In this document: one piece after another, positions 1-10,404 of the stretch
Layout of the letters: every line of letters starts with the position of its first letter
Position numbering within the stretch: the stretch's first letter is position 1
Notes under the pieces: generated by a model
Told to the model about the DNA's origin: nothing
What the model saw: the letters and a program-made list of their open reading frames with translations, nothing else
Databases searched by the model: none
Translations under genes and position numbers: made by a program
Source of the DNA: Ktedonobacteria bacterium
Lineage (GTDB): Bacteria > Chloroflexota > Ktedonobacteria > Ktedonobacterales > JACDGC01
Direction: 5' to 3'
NCBI GenBank assembly: GCA_027459525.1
Contig: DAIDIC010000093.1
Location: 8,039-72,038 of the forward strand
Length of the DNA stretch: 64,000 nucleotides

Positions 1-1914
<1,914 letters not shown>

Positions 1915-2063
1915 TTTAGAATATATCATCGGGATACGTTCGTACTGCAGCGGCGCGCGGTATTTTCAATCTGGGGAAATACTTCCGAATAGAGGATAAA
2001 CCGAAACCGTGCGCCGCTTCTATGAGCATCTATACCTACAGACAAAGGAGTCATTTAGCAACT

Positions 2064-2315
2064 ATGCCAATGTATGAATATTATTGCGCAGATTGTCAAA
2101 CAAATTTTGAAACGTTATTGTCGTTTGCGGCAATGCAAAACACCGAAATCATCTGCCCCAAATGCCACAGTCAGCATGTGCGCAAATTGCTTTCCATGTT
2201 TGCCGCGCAACGATCCGGCGACGGTGAGTTTGGTGATGGCTCCCATTGGAGCGATTCATCCGGAGGATGTGGCTGCGGTGGCGCTTGCAATTGCGGCGGG
2301 CATGCGCAGCATTAA
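2064..2315 (+). CDS. FmdB-family zinc-ribbon protein
   Basis: The protein begins MPMYEYYCADC and has a second CxxC pair (CPKC) plus a Gly/Cys-rich tail (GGCGCGGACNCGG). An AAAGGAG RBS lies at 2045-2051. Confidence 0.75.
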   Translation: MPMYEYYCADCQTNFETLLSFAAMQNTEIICPKCHSQHVRKLLSMFAAQRSGDGEFGDGSHWSDSSGGCGCGGACNCGGHAQH

Positions 2316-2363
2316 ATTGTTACAGAACACATTTCCATAAAAAAGCGCTGAACACCACAATAT

Positions 2364-2771
2364 TTACGGCGATTTTTTATGTTTTGGCCCACGCTGGAAT
2401 GTGTTCTTAAGAAAGCCTTTTCCTAAAATGCGGATTCGCATTGCCTGAATTTCCGTTGCGGTTGGGGAGCCTTTCGTGTAAATAACCATAAACCGCATAC
2501 CCGGTTGAATCTGTGTACTATTCAGCCGCGCGCCTTTAAAACCAAATATTTCGGTTTCGGATGTAAGCGTAACCGTAACAACCCTGCCGTTGCGCATCCG
2601 CGCTGTAAAACTGGATGACTGCGTTTGGAGCACTATCCCGATAGCTACATGGCGCATGCCAAAAAATTGATGTAATTTGGCGCCGGCTGTTATCCCGCCT
2701 ATACCAACTGCCACACCCAGCGCAAGCACGGCCAGCTTTGCCCCTAAACCGCCTTTCAATATAAGCGCCAT
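2364..2771 (-). CDS. Hypothetical membrane-anchored protein, last gene of the ECF sigma operon
   Basis: 135-aa ORF with an N-terminal hydrophobic helix (LAVLALGVAVGIGGITAGA). Its ATG lies 3 nt after the upstream stop. I recognised no family motif. Confidence 0.5.
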   Translation of the reverse strand: MALILKGGLGAKLAVLALGVAVGIGGITAGAKLHQFFGMRHVAIGIVLQTQSSSFTARMRNGRVVTVTLTSETEIFGFKGARLNSTQIQPGMRFMVIYTKGSPTATEIQAMRIRILGKGFLKNTFQRGPKHKKSP

Positions 2772-2774
2772 ATA

Positions 2775-3266
2775 TTACCTTTTCCGCAAAATTGCCTGAT
2801 CAAATTTCATCGGCTTTTGCGCGTGTGCGTCAATGGATATAGACGAAGCCATCATAAACAAAATCAGTGAAATAAACGTTACTGCCAGCTCTCCCCAAGG
2901 CGCAACGCCCAACAGAGCGCTGCCATAATCATATGATGAATTTCCCAGCGAACCAAGGTTTCCTGAAATTTCACCTAACAATGACAAAAATCCGCTGGAA
3001 TCCAGCGCAGATCCAAGCCAAATACTGCCGGCAAAAAAGACGAATCCGGTTATTATGGCAAGTCTTTGCCAGCCGCTCGGCGAAAGAATTCCCTGCAAAA
3101 AAATCTTGCGCGACACGGCGGCCGATTTCGCCGGCGCCTGAGAGATATATGGCGCAGAGAGGCTGCTTAGCACATTATTTTTCAACGATTTAGGCGGATC
3201 AACCTTGGGCAAACGGACAAACAGTTGATCGATATCATCAAACGTATCATTATTCCAATCCGGCAT
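2775..3266 (-). CDS. Putative membrane anti-sigma factor (function inferred from position only)
   Basis: The gene lies immediately downstream of the ECF sigma gene. ATG 3266 is preceded by an AAGGGAG RBS. The protein has a short cytoplasmic N-terminus followed by TM helices. It has no zf-HC2 HxxxCxxC motif. Confidence 0.45.
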   Translation of the reverse strand: MPDWNNDTFDDIDQLFVRLPKVDPPKSLKNNVLSSLSAPYISQAPAKSAAVSRKIFLQGILSPSGWQRLAIITGFVFFAGSIWLGSALDSSGFLSLLGEISGNLGSLGNSSYDYGSALLGVAPWGELAVTFISLILFMMASSISIDAHAQKPMKFDQAILRKR

Positions 3267-3389
3267 AGCAATCTCCCTTGAAAAACAGTACAGGCTCGCA
3301 AACAACATATTTCATACTCCGGAGGAAAAAGAGTATGAAATATACAAAAGCCTCAATTGTAAAACGCAGCAAACCATTTGAAAGTTTCA

Positions 3390-3977
3390 TCACGGCCGCG
3401 CCAATCCATATTGCTGCAACGTTGCGCGCAGCAACGGCTTTGCGCGGTGAAAGTGTGTTTTTGCCGTTGCTTCCGGAATATCCAAAATTTTCCCTATTTC
3501 GGCAAAACTTAAATCCGCCGTATATCGCAGTCGCACAACTTCACGAAATTTTTCCGGAAGCGCATTGATGGCAGATATCAACACAGCCTGAAGTTCATCT
3601 TCTTCAACCCGCGCCTCAGGTGTAGGCTGAGAATCGGGGACGCTTTCCATCCCTAACATGCGATCGTCATGTTCAGAGGCAGAATCCAGCATAGAAAACG
3701 GCAGCGCTTTGCGGCGGCGCACTTCATCCAAACACCTATGGCGTACTACACGAAACAGCCAAGGCTTTACTCCTTCTTCCGATCTTAAATCTGCGGAATG
3801 CAAAAACAGTTGTATAAACGCAAACTGACAAACATCAGAGGCAAGATCATAATCATTTAAAAAACGGTATGCAAAATTAAACAGCATGGTTTGATATCTA
3901 TCAATAAAAAAACCGATAGCGTCTTTATCGCCTTGCTGCAAACTTCGCAAAAGAATTTGATCCGGCTGATCTGCCAT
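3390..3977 (-). CDS. ECF (sigma-70 family, group 4) RNA polymerase sigma factor
   Basis: Region 2 is present (PWLFRVVRHRCLDEVRRRK), as is the region 4 HTH (LPEKFREVVRLRYTADLSFAEIGKILDIPEATAKTHFHRAK). Confidence 0.9.
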   Translation of the reverse strand: MADQPDQILLRSLQQGDKDAIGFFIDRYQTMLFNFAYRFLNDYDLASDVCQFAFIQLFLHSADLRSEEGVKPWLFRVVRHRCLDEVRRRKALPFSMLDSASEHDDRMLGMESVPDSQPTPEARVEEDELQAVLISAINALPEKFREVVRLRYTADLSFAEIGKILDIPEATAKTHFHRAKPLLRATLQQYGLARP

Positions 3978-4213
3978 ATCTATGTCCTATATATCATTCT
4001 ACGATCTTTCTTTATCATCAAAAAGAGCGGCGTATATCTCACACTTTTCATTAGTTTGGCCACAACTTTGCGCGCAAAAGTCGGCAAGCTAATCCATATT
4101 ATCATGATACTCATAGAAAGATGAAAATTTGGTGAAAATAACACAAGTGGTACAATAATAGTAATAAACCTATAGCATACACATGCAAGTACCTAAAAGG
4201 AGCGGCGTATACA

Positions 4214-5557
4214 ATGGAAGACCCGGCAACACCTAATAACATAGCGTATCAGCTTATTCCACGGGGTGATAGCATTCCGGAAACGCAGGTCTCCAATGTA
4301 TGCTCCGAAATTATCCAGCAATGCGCAAAAGCGCTGGAATATTTTCCGGAATCAGATCAGGCAATATTCAACCGCAGAGCGCAAGAGATGGATGTGAAAC
4401 GAATTGTATATCTTGCCGGCAAAACAAAAATTGCCTTGCGCATGGTAATCGCCGCCATATTGCTGGAAGGCGGCAGTATTCAAGAACTGGAAGAAATATT
4501 ACACTGGATGGATATTTTGCCGCCCGGCGCCGGCGCTTCAGAATATAACGGCATAAAAATAGCTTTGCGTTTCATCCAAAAATTTTTAACCGATACTCAA
4601 AAGTGGCTGCTGTTTACCTTCGCGTTTTGGAGTCCGGCGCCATCCTCAGCGTCTAGCTTGCATGTCATTGCTGCCGCGCGCGAAAGCGGCAAAGAAATAG
4701 TGGATGCGGCTGCCGCAGAAGATATTGTTCAATTGGTTGTGCTGGGCTTGTTATCATACACCATTGCGCCGCAATCACAAACATTGCCGGAATCGTTAGC
4801 GATTCGCGAGCGCATTGCCATCGACCCGTATATTGCGCACGAACTGAAAGCAGAAAGCAATGAGTGGAACACCTATTTGCAAGAATCTGCGGAAACAGTA
4901 TTTTCAGCCGCAGAAACCGTTCAAATGCAGCTCATTGAATGGGCGCAAAATTTTATTGTTACCGCGGCAGAGGATATTGGGGAATATGTAGCGGTGCATA
5001 CCCATTTGGCGGATAACGCCGCCAATTTATTGTGGGATTTATTGCGGCGCGAAGCCCCACATATACAATTATGTCTGAATTACGCAGATGATCTGAGCGC
5101 ATTCAGCGAAATATACGAAATAAACTTGGCGCTGATGGCGCCACTGCGTAAAGTGAAAGATCCCGACGCCGCCGCGCTGCGAGAACACGCGCTGCTGTGC
5201 GGAGTAAAGCTGGCTAAACGCGAACACGATCAACAACGGATTATGATCTATTGTTTACAGTTGGCGGATATCCGCATTGACGAAAACCAATTTACAGAAG
5301 CGGAACACTATACCGACACCGCGCTGACAGCCGCTTTAGCCATAATAGACTTTCCGGCAATCAGCTTTATCACCCTGCGGCTGGCGGCCATTCAACTGCG
5401 GTTACAAAAATATCGCGACGCGCGCAACACAGCGATACAAGCTATGCTGGTCGCTAAAAGCAAGCGTTACCTCACAGATTTTGAGCAGGCTAAAACCATT
5501 CACGATCAAGCGCAAGCAGAGCTGGATAAAAATACTGAATCAATTTCCAAAGATTGA
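4214..5557 (+). CDS. Hypothetical all-helical protein, with possible TPR-like repeats at the C-terminus
   Basis: 447-aa ORF transcribed divergently from the ECF sigma gene, with an AAAGGAG upstream. I recognised no catalytic motif. Confidence 0.5.
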   Translation: MEDPATPNNIAYQLIPRGDSIPETQVSNVCSEIIQQCAKALEYFPESDQAIFNRRAQEMDVKRIVYLAGKTKIALRMVIAAILLEGGSIQELEEILHWMDILPPGAGASEYNGIKIALRFIQKFLTDTQKWLLFTFAFWSPAPSSASSLHVIAAARESGKEIVDAAAAEDIVQLVVLGLLSYTIAPQSQTLPESLAIRERIAIDPYIAHELKAESNEWNTYLQESAETVFSAAETVQMQLIEWAQNFIVTAAEDIGEYVAVHTHLADNAANLLWDLLRREAPHIQLCLNYADDLSAFSEIYEINLALMAPLRKVKDPDAAALREHALLCGVKLAKREHDQQRIMIYCLQLADIRIDENQFTEAEHYTDTALTAALAIIDFPAISFITLRLAAIQLRLQKYRDARNTAIQAMLVAKSKRYLTDFEQAKTIHDQAQAELDKNTESISKD

Positions 5558-5583
5558 CGTTTACGGAAAACTTTGCGTATGAT
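5554..5583 (+). promoter_or_regulatory. Sigma-70-like promoter candidate for the MFS gene
   Basis: TTGACG at 5554-5559, an 18-nt spacer, then TATGAT at 5578-5583, about 100 nt upstream of ATG 5686. Confidence 0.35.
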
Positions 5584-5685
5584 ACTATTAATACTTGCCG
5601 CTTCAATAGCGATAAATATTTTGGGCGCCTGCCGATACACAATAAGCCGGCAGCCGTATTTTTAACCACAAAACAGGTACGCAAC

Positions 5686-7458
5686 ATGGCGGAAATTACT
5701 TCAGGGGTTTTACTTAGCCGAAGGAACAAACCCATTGGGAAAAATTACAAATGGGTTGTGTTAACCAATACAACCATCGGCGCTTTAATGGCAACTATAG
5801 ACTCCAGTATAGTTCTCATCTCACTTCCGGCAATTTTTAATGGTATCCACATCAATCCGCTTAGCAGCGGAGAATCCGGTTATTTTTTGTGGATGCTGCT
5901 GGGATATTTGGTGATAACTTCAACATTATTAGTTACCTTTGGCCGCATTTCAGATATGTTTGGCAGAGTCCGGCTGTATAATTTAGGATTTGCTATTTTT
6001 TCGGGAGCAAGTTTACTGCTGGCGCTTGTCCCGAGTACGGGAAACACCGGCGCAATGGAATTAATTATTTTACGCATTGTGCAAGCGGTTGGGTCGGGAT
6101 TTCTGCTTGCCAACAGCGCCGCACTGATTACCGACGCATTTCCTGCCAACCAAAGAGGTATGGCGCTGGGAATAAATCAAATCGCCGCAATTGGCGGTTC
6201 TTTTATTGGATTAATATTAGGCGGTATATTATCTGTCATTAATTGGCGATTCGTGTTTTTAGTCAGTGTTCCGGTTGGTGTGGCCGGAACCATATGGGCC
6301 TACGCCAACTTGCGCGAACTGGCAGTTATCCGCAAAAGCCAAAAGATCGACTGGCTGGGTAATCTTACTTTCGCCGCAGGGTTAACCATCCTTTTACTGG
6401 GAATAACCTATTGAATAGAACCATATGGAACCAGCTCACAGGGATGGGCCAATCCTTGGGTGATAGCAGCGCTGACCGGCGGAATTGCCCTGTTAATTTT
6501 ATTTATATTTATTGAACTGAATGCAGAAGATCCTATGTTTCACTTAGGATTATTTAAAATTCGGATGTTTGCCGCGGGTAATATTGCCGGATTTTTATCT
6601 AGTTTGGCGCGCGGCGGTCTGCAGTTTATGCTTGTCATTTGGCTGCAAGGCATTTGGCTGCCTCTGCACGGATACAGTTACGATCAAACACCTTTATGGG
6701 CCGGAATTTTCATCACTCCTCTTTTAGTAGGTTTTTTTGTGATGGGTCCAATAAGCGGATATCTTTCCGATCATTTCGGCTCCCGGATATTTGCCAGCGC
6801 CGGATTATTTATTCAAGCGGCAGGATTCTTGCTGCTGACGTTTTTACCGGCAAATTTCAATTATCCATTATTTGGTCTGTTGCTATTTTTACTCGGCTGC
6901 GGCTCGGGATTATTTGCTTCCCCAAATACCTCATCAATCATGGGCAGTGTGCCGGCAAATACACGCGGTGTTTCTTCCGGCATGCGCGCAACCTTTCAAA
7001 ACAGCGCATCGGTGTTCAGTATCGGCGCATTTTTCACTATTGTAACACTTGGTCTATCGTCTGCGCTGCCCACAACGCTCTATAACGGATTAACACAATA
7101 TGGCGTTCCCGCAGCTGCGGCAAATCAAATTGCGCATCTGCCGCCAACAGCGGCGTTGTTTGGAGCGTTTTTAGGATATAACCCGCTGGGAGTATTGCTG
7201 CCGCCAAATGTAATGACACAGTTAAAAATATCACCGGCAAACCAAGCAACGCTGCTGGGAAAAGAATACTTCCCAAACCTTATTGCGCAGCCATTCATGG
7301 TTGGGCTGCACGCAGTGTTTTACATTTCAATGGCAATATGCCTTGCAGCAGCGTTTATTTCACTTATGCGCGGCAAAACCACGAGCTACGACAATGCGGC
7401 CGAAGACAGTTCGCAACAGCAAAATCAGCCACAGGAACCGGCCGCCGCTGTAGAATAA
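5686..7458 (+). pseudogene. DHA2-family (EmrB/QacA-like, 14-TMS) MFS efflux transporter interrupted by one in-frame TGA at 6412-6414
   Basis: ORFs 5554-6414 and 6460-7458 are in the same frame. The translation reads straight through: ...[30 protein letters not shown].... The MFS motif-A-like GRISDMFGRVRLY is present. ATG 5686 (MAEITSG) is the likely start. Confidence 0.7.
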
Positions 7459-7474
7459 CCGCTTAAAAAGCGCA

Positions 7475-7516
7475 AAACAGCGGAATTTTGCACAGATTTC
7501 GAGATTCCGCCGTTTT
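7475..7516 (+). terminator. Candidate intrinsic terminator after the MFS gene
   Basis: AAAACAGCGGAAT (7475-7487) pairs with ATTCCGCCGTTTT (7504-7516). This gives 13 bp with one mismatch, and the 3' arm ends in a T-run. Confidence 0.4.
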
Positions 7517-7534
7517 GCCTTCAAACAGCTTCTA

Positions 7535-7564
7535 TTGACATTCTTTCGCCAAATATGATATTTT
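7535..7564 (+). promoter_or_regulatory. Sigma-70-like promoter candidate for the metal-uptake operon
   Basis: TTGACA at 7535-7540. A-T-rich -10 candidates (ATATTT/TATTTT) follow 17-18 nt downstream. Confidence 0.4.
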
Positions 7565-7569
7565 TAAAT

Positions 7570-7598
7570 TAGTTATTGATACTTTGTATCAATAACTA
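7570..7598. promoter_or_regulatory. Perfect palindrome with 13-bp arms and a 3-nt spacer; candidate metalloregulator operator
   Basis: The sequence is TAGTTATTGATAC-TTT-GTATCAATAACTA. It lies immediately downstream of the -10 candidate and about 100 nt upstream of the binding-protein ATG at 7697. Confidence 0.55.
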
Positions 7599-7696
7599 TA
7601 CACTATTGCGTTGCAGACACGCAGTTCCGCCGGAAAGGCTCCAAAACAGCAGGAGCGCCAGCAATTATTTATAAGCATTCGGAAAATACACACACC

Positions 7697-8620
7697 ATGC
7701 GCATTCACTCCTATCTTTCACAAACATTATTTAGAATTGGAACTGCAGCAATCATTCTTCTGACAGTTGTGTTCAGCGGCTGCGCTATTCCCCAACCTTC
7801 GCATTTTGCAGGAATAAAAGTTGTGGCGGCAGAAAATATTTGGGGCAGCATAGCGCAACAGCTTGGCGGCGCTTATACTCAAGTTGTCAGTGTTATATCT
7901 AATCCGGCTATCGATCCGCATGATTATGAGCCAACAACAAACGACGCGCGCGCCGTGGCTGAGGCAGATATAGTTATTGAAAATGGCGCAGGATATGACA
8001 CATGGATGCAAAAACTTATCAGCGTAAACACAACACCGGGACAAATTATCATCAATATTGCGTCTGTTGTCGGGAAAAAACCCGGCGATAATCCGCATTT
8101 ATGGTATAACCCAACTTATGTTTTGCAAGCCATACAAGCCATTACCAACGCCTATATTGCCAAATCGAGCGCACACAAAAGCGCATTCCAGCAATTTCAA
8201 TCTCAATATACAAGCGTTGATTTAGCTGCTTATTTCCACGAAATTCGCGCCATTCAAACCTTATACGCCGGGGAACCGGTTGGGGCAACAGAAAGCATAT
8301 TTGTCTATATGGCGCAGGCGTTACATGTTCAGCTCATTTCTCCTGCGGGATTTATGCGTGATATTTCCGAAGGCATCGATCCATCAATAAACGATATGGC
8401 GCTATTTGCCAACCAAATACAGCAAAAGCAAATAAAAGCGCTGGTTTTAAATATCCAAAACGAAACACCGTTAGTTATGCAGCTTGTGAAAGCGGCGCAA
8501 GCAAATAACATTCCGATTGTGCCAGTCACCGAAACACTCTACCCTGCCGGCGTATCTTTTCAAGTTTGGCAAACTCAGCAGTTGCAGGCGTTGGCAGCGG
8601 CGCTGGCGGCAAACACATAA
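7697..8620 (+). CDS. Metal (Zn/Mn/Fe) ABC transporter substrate-binding lipoprotein, ZnuA/TroA family
   Basis: Lipobox VVFSGC. Metal-site-type motifs DPHDYEP and NPHLWYNP. The overall cluster-9 binding-protein pattern is present. Confidence 0.85.
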   Translation: MRIHSYLSQTLFRIGTAAIILLTVVFSGCAIPQPSHFAGIKVVAAENIWGSIAQQLGGAYTQVVSVISNPAIDPHDYEPTTNDARAVAEADIVIENGAGYDTWMQKLISVNTTPGQIIINIASVVGKKPGDNPHLWYNPTYVLQAIQAITNAYIAKSSAHKSAFQQFQSQYTSVDLAAYFHEIRAIQTLYAGEPVGATESIFVYMAQALHVQLISPAGFMRDISEGIDPSINDMALFANQIQQKQIKALVLNIQNETPLVMQLVKAAQANNIPIVPVTETLYPAGVSFQVWQTQQLQALAAALAANT

Positions 8621-8639
8621 CACATTGAAGAAAGTTATT

Positions 8640-9491
8640 ATGAGCGGCTTAGTTTTTTTCTTTACAGAAATACAATATATGTTTAGCTTCGCGTTTATGC
8701 GCAATGCATTTATCAGTGGAACCGCAATTGCTTTAACCGCAGGCGTTATCGGCTATTTTATGGTGTTACGCGGACAAAGCTTTGCCGGGCATACCATTTC
8801 ACAAACCGGCTTTGCCGGAGCTTCCGGCGCAGCGCTGCTGGGGATATCGCCTTTCGCCGGCCTGCTTAGTTTTACTGTTTTGGCGGCATTTGGCGCGGGA
8901 TCTGCAGGGAATAAGCGCACACAAAACGCCGATGTTGCTATTGGGGTTATCTTAACTCTAAGCTTGGGGTTGGGTGTATTATTTATGAATATCAATCCGG
9001 CGTTTTCCGGTGACACAATGTCGATTCTTTTTGGCGAAACCCTCGGTGTTTCTTCTGCCGATATCGCCATCACCATTGCGCTTTCCGCCGCCGCGCTGCT
9101 AATTATCGCAATTATTGGCCGCCCGCTGCTATATGTTTCGATCGATCCCGATTCGGCAATTGCGCGTGGCGTTCCGGCGCGGCTGCTCAGCATTGTATTT
9201 CTGCTGCTGCTGGCAGTAACTATTGCCGAAGCGGCGCAAATCGTTGGTGTTTTACTGGTATTTGCGTTATTGGCCACATCATCAGCTTCTGCCGGACTTG
9301 CAACCGGCAGACCTGGCTGGGCCATTGTTCTCAGCGCGACGCTGGCAGTAGTGTTTGTTTGGTTTGGCTTAACTGCAAGTTTCTTTACTCCTTACCCTGT
9401 GGGATTTTATATAACCACAGCAGCGTTTTTTACGTATGAAGCAGTTCGCGTCATACAAGGGCGCCGCAGCGTAAGGCGCGCAAATACATAA
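8640..9491 (+). CDS. Metal ABC transporter permease (ABC-3 family), subunit 1
   Basis: Polytopic protein whose N-terminal pattern (FMRNAFISGTAIALTAGVIGYFMVLRGQSFAGH) is typical of ZnuB/TroC/MntC. I chose ATG 8640 over the long TTG-extended ORF. Confidence 0.8.
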   Translation: MSGLVFFFTEIQYMFSFAFMRNAFISGTAIALTAGVIGYFMVLRGQSFAGHTISQTGFAGASGAALLGISPFAGLLSFTVLAAFGAGSAGNKRTQNADVAIGVILTLSLGLGVLFMNINPAFSGDTMSILFGETLGVSSADIAITIALSAAALLIIAIIGRPLLYVSIDPDSAIARGVPARLLSIVFLLLLAVTIAEAAQIVGVLLVFALLATSSASAGLATGRPGWAIVLSATLAVVFVWFGLTASFFTPYPVGFYITTAAFFTYEAVRVIQGRRSVRRANT

Positions 9492-9519
9492 CATCTATTC
9501 AGCGGAGAAAAACGCGCTT

Positions 9520-10404
9520 ATGTTCTTAGTGTCTATCATCACAGCTCTAAAAGATCTGTGGGCATACGATTTTATGCGAACCGCGCTGGCTTCCGGGCTG
9601 GCCATTGCGCTAGCCAGCGGCCCTATAGGCTATTTTATTTTACTGCGAAGGCAAACATTTGCCGGCGATGCGCTCTCGCATGTTGCGTTTACCTCTGCCG
9701 TGGGTTCCGTTGTAATAGGCATAAACCCCTTTGCCGGAATGTTTACCGGCGCAGCCCTAGCGGCGCTGAGCATGGCGGCAAACAAAAATGTATCGCGCGC
9801 GCGCGACACACACATCGGGGTTGTGCTGGCGTGGATCCTTGGGCTTGGATCGCTGTTTTTATCAATTTACACCCATACAGGCTCTTCAAGCAACGGAGCG
9901 TTTGGAGCAGCCGCGCTATTCGGTTCAATTTTGGGTATTTCCGCTTCTCAGGCAATGATAACAATATATATATCAGCCGGGGTGTTACTGGTTTTGGGAA
10001 TTATCGGCCGGCCGCTTCTGTATGCATCGCTGGACCCTGCGGGGGCCAAGGCGGCAGGAGCGCCTGTAGGTTTACTGAATGCAATATTTCTTATATTAGC
10101 GGCGGCTATTGTAGCTGAAGAAACATTGACAATCGGCGCGCTGCTAATATTTGCGCTGCTGATTGCTCCGGCGGCTTCTGCTGCAAAGCTAGTAAACCAA
10201 CCCTACATGGCAATGGCTGCAGCGTCGGTTATTGCTGCAGCCATTACTTTTATAGGTTTGGTTTTAGCGGTATGGCTGTCGCTGCCGGCGACATTTTTAA
10301 TTAGCGCACTGGCGGCAGCAGTCTATACCATTATTACAATATTACAGTCACTATGGCAGCGGAGTAAACGTAAAATTGCTGAAACCGACCGTAGAGCCGC
10401 CTGA
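9520..10404 (+). CDS. Metal ABC transporter permease (ABC-3 family), subunit 2
   Basis: The motif FMRTALASGLAIALASGPIGYFILLRRQTFAGDALSHVAF is typical of ZnuB/TroD/MntD. Confidence 0.85.
   Translation: MFLVSIITALKDLWAYDFMRTALASGLAIALASGPIGYFILLRRQTFAGDALSHVAFTSAVGSVVIGINPFAGMFTGAALAALSMAANKNVSRARDTHIGVVLAWILGLGSLFLSIYTHTGSSSNGAFGAAALFGSILGISASQAMITIYISAGVLLVLGIIGRPLLYASLDPAGAKAAGAPVGLLNAIFLILAAAIVAEETLTIGALLIFALLIAPAASAAKLVNQPYMAMAAASVIAAAITFIGLVLAVWLSLPATFLISALAAAVYTIITILQSLWQRSKRKIAETDRRAA

Noticed and set aside
5554-5685. N-terminal extensions in the ORF track: MFS from TTG 5554, permease from 8517, thiolase from 27425, wecB from 48962, and the binding protein from 42296.
   Set aside because: In each case an internal start is preceded by an AAGGAG-type RBS and begins the conserved N-terminus of the family. 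The extensions overlap upstream genes or regulatory DNA.
6412-6414. Genome-wide reassignment of TGA (code 4 or code 25) as the explanation for the in-frame TGA.
   Set aside because: TGA cleanly terminates several well-defined genes in the window, at 5555-5557, 10402-10404 and 62836-62838. No other conserved gene contains an internal TGA.
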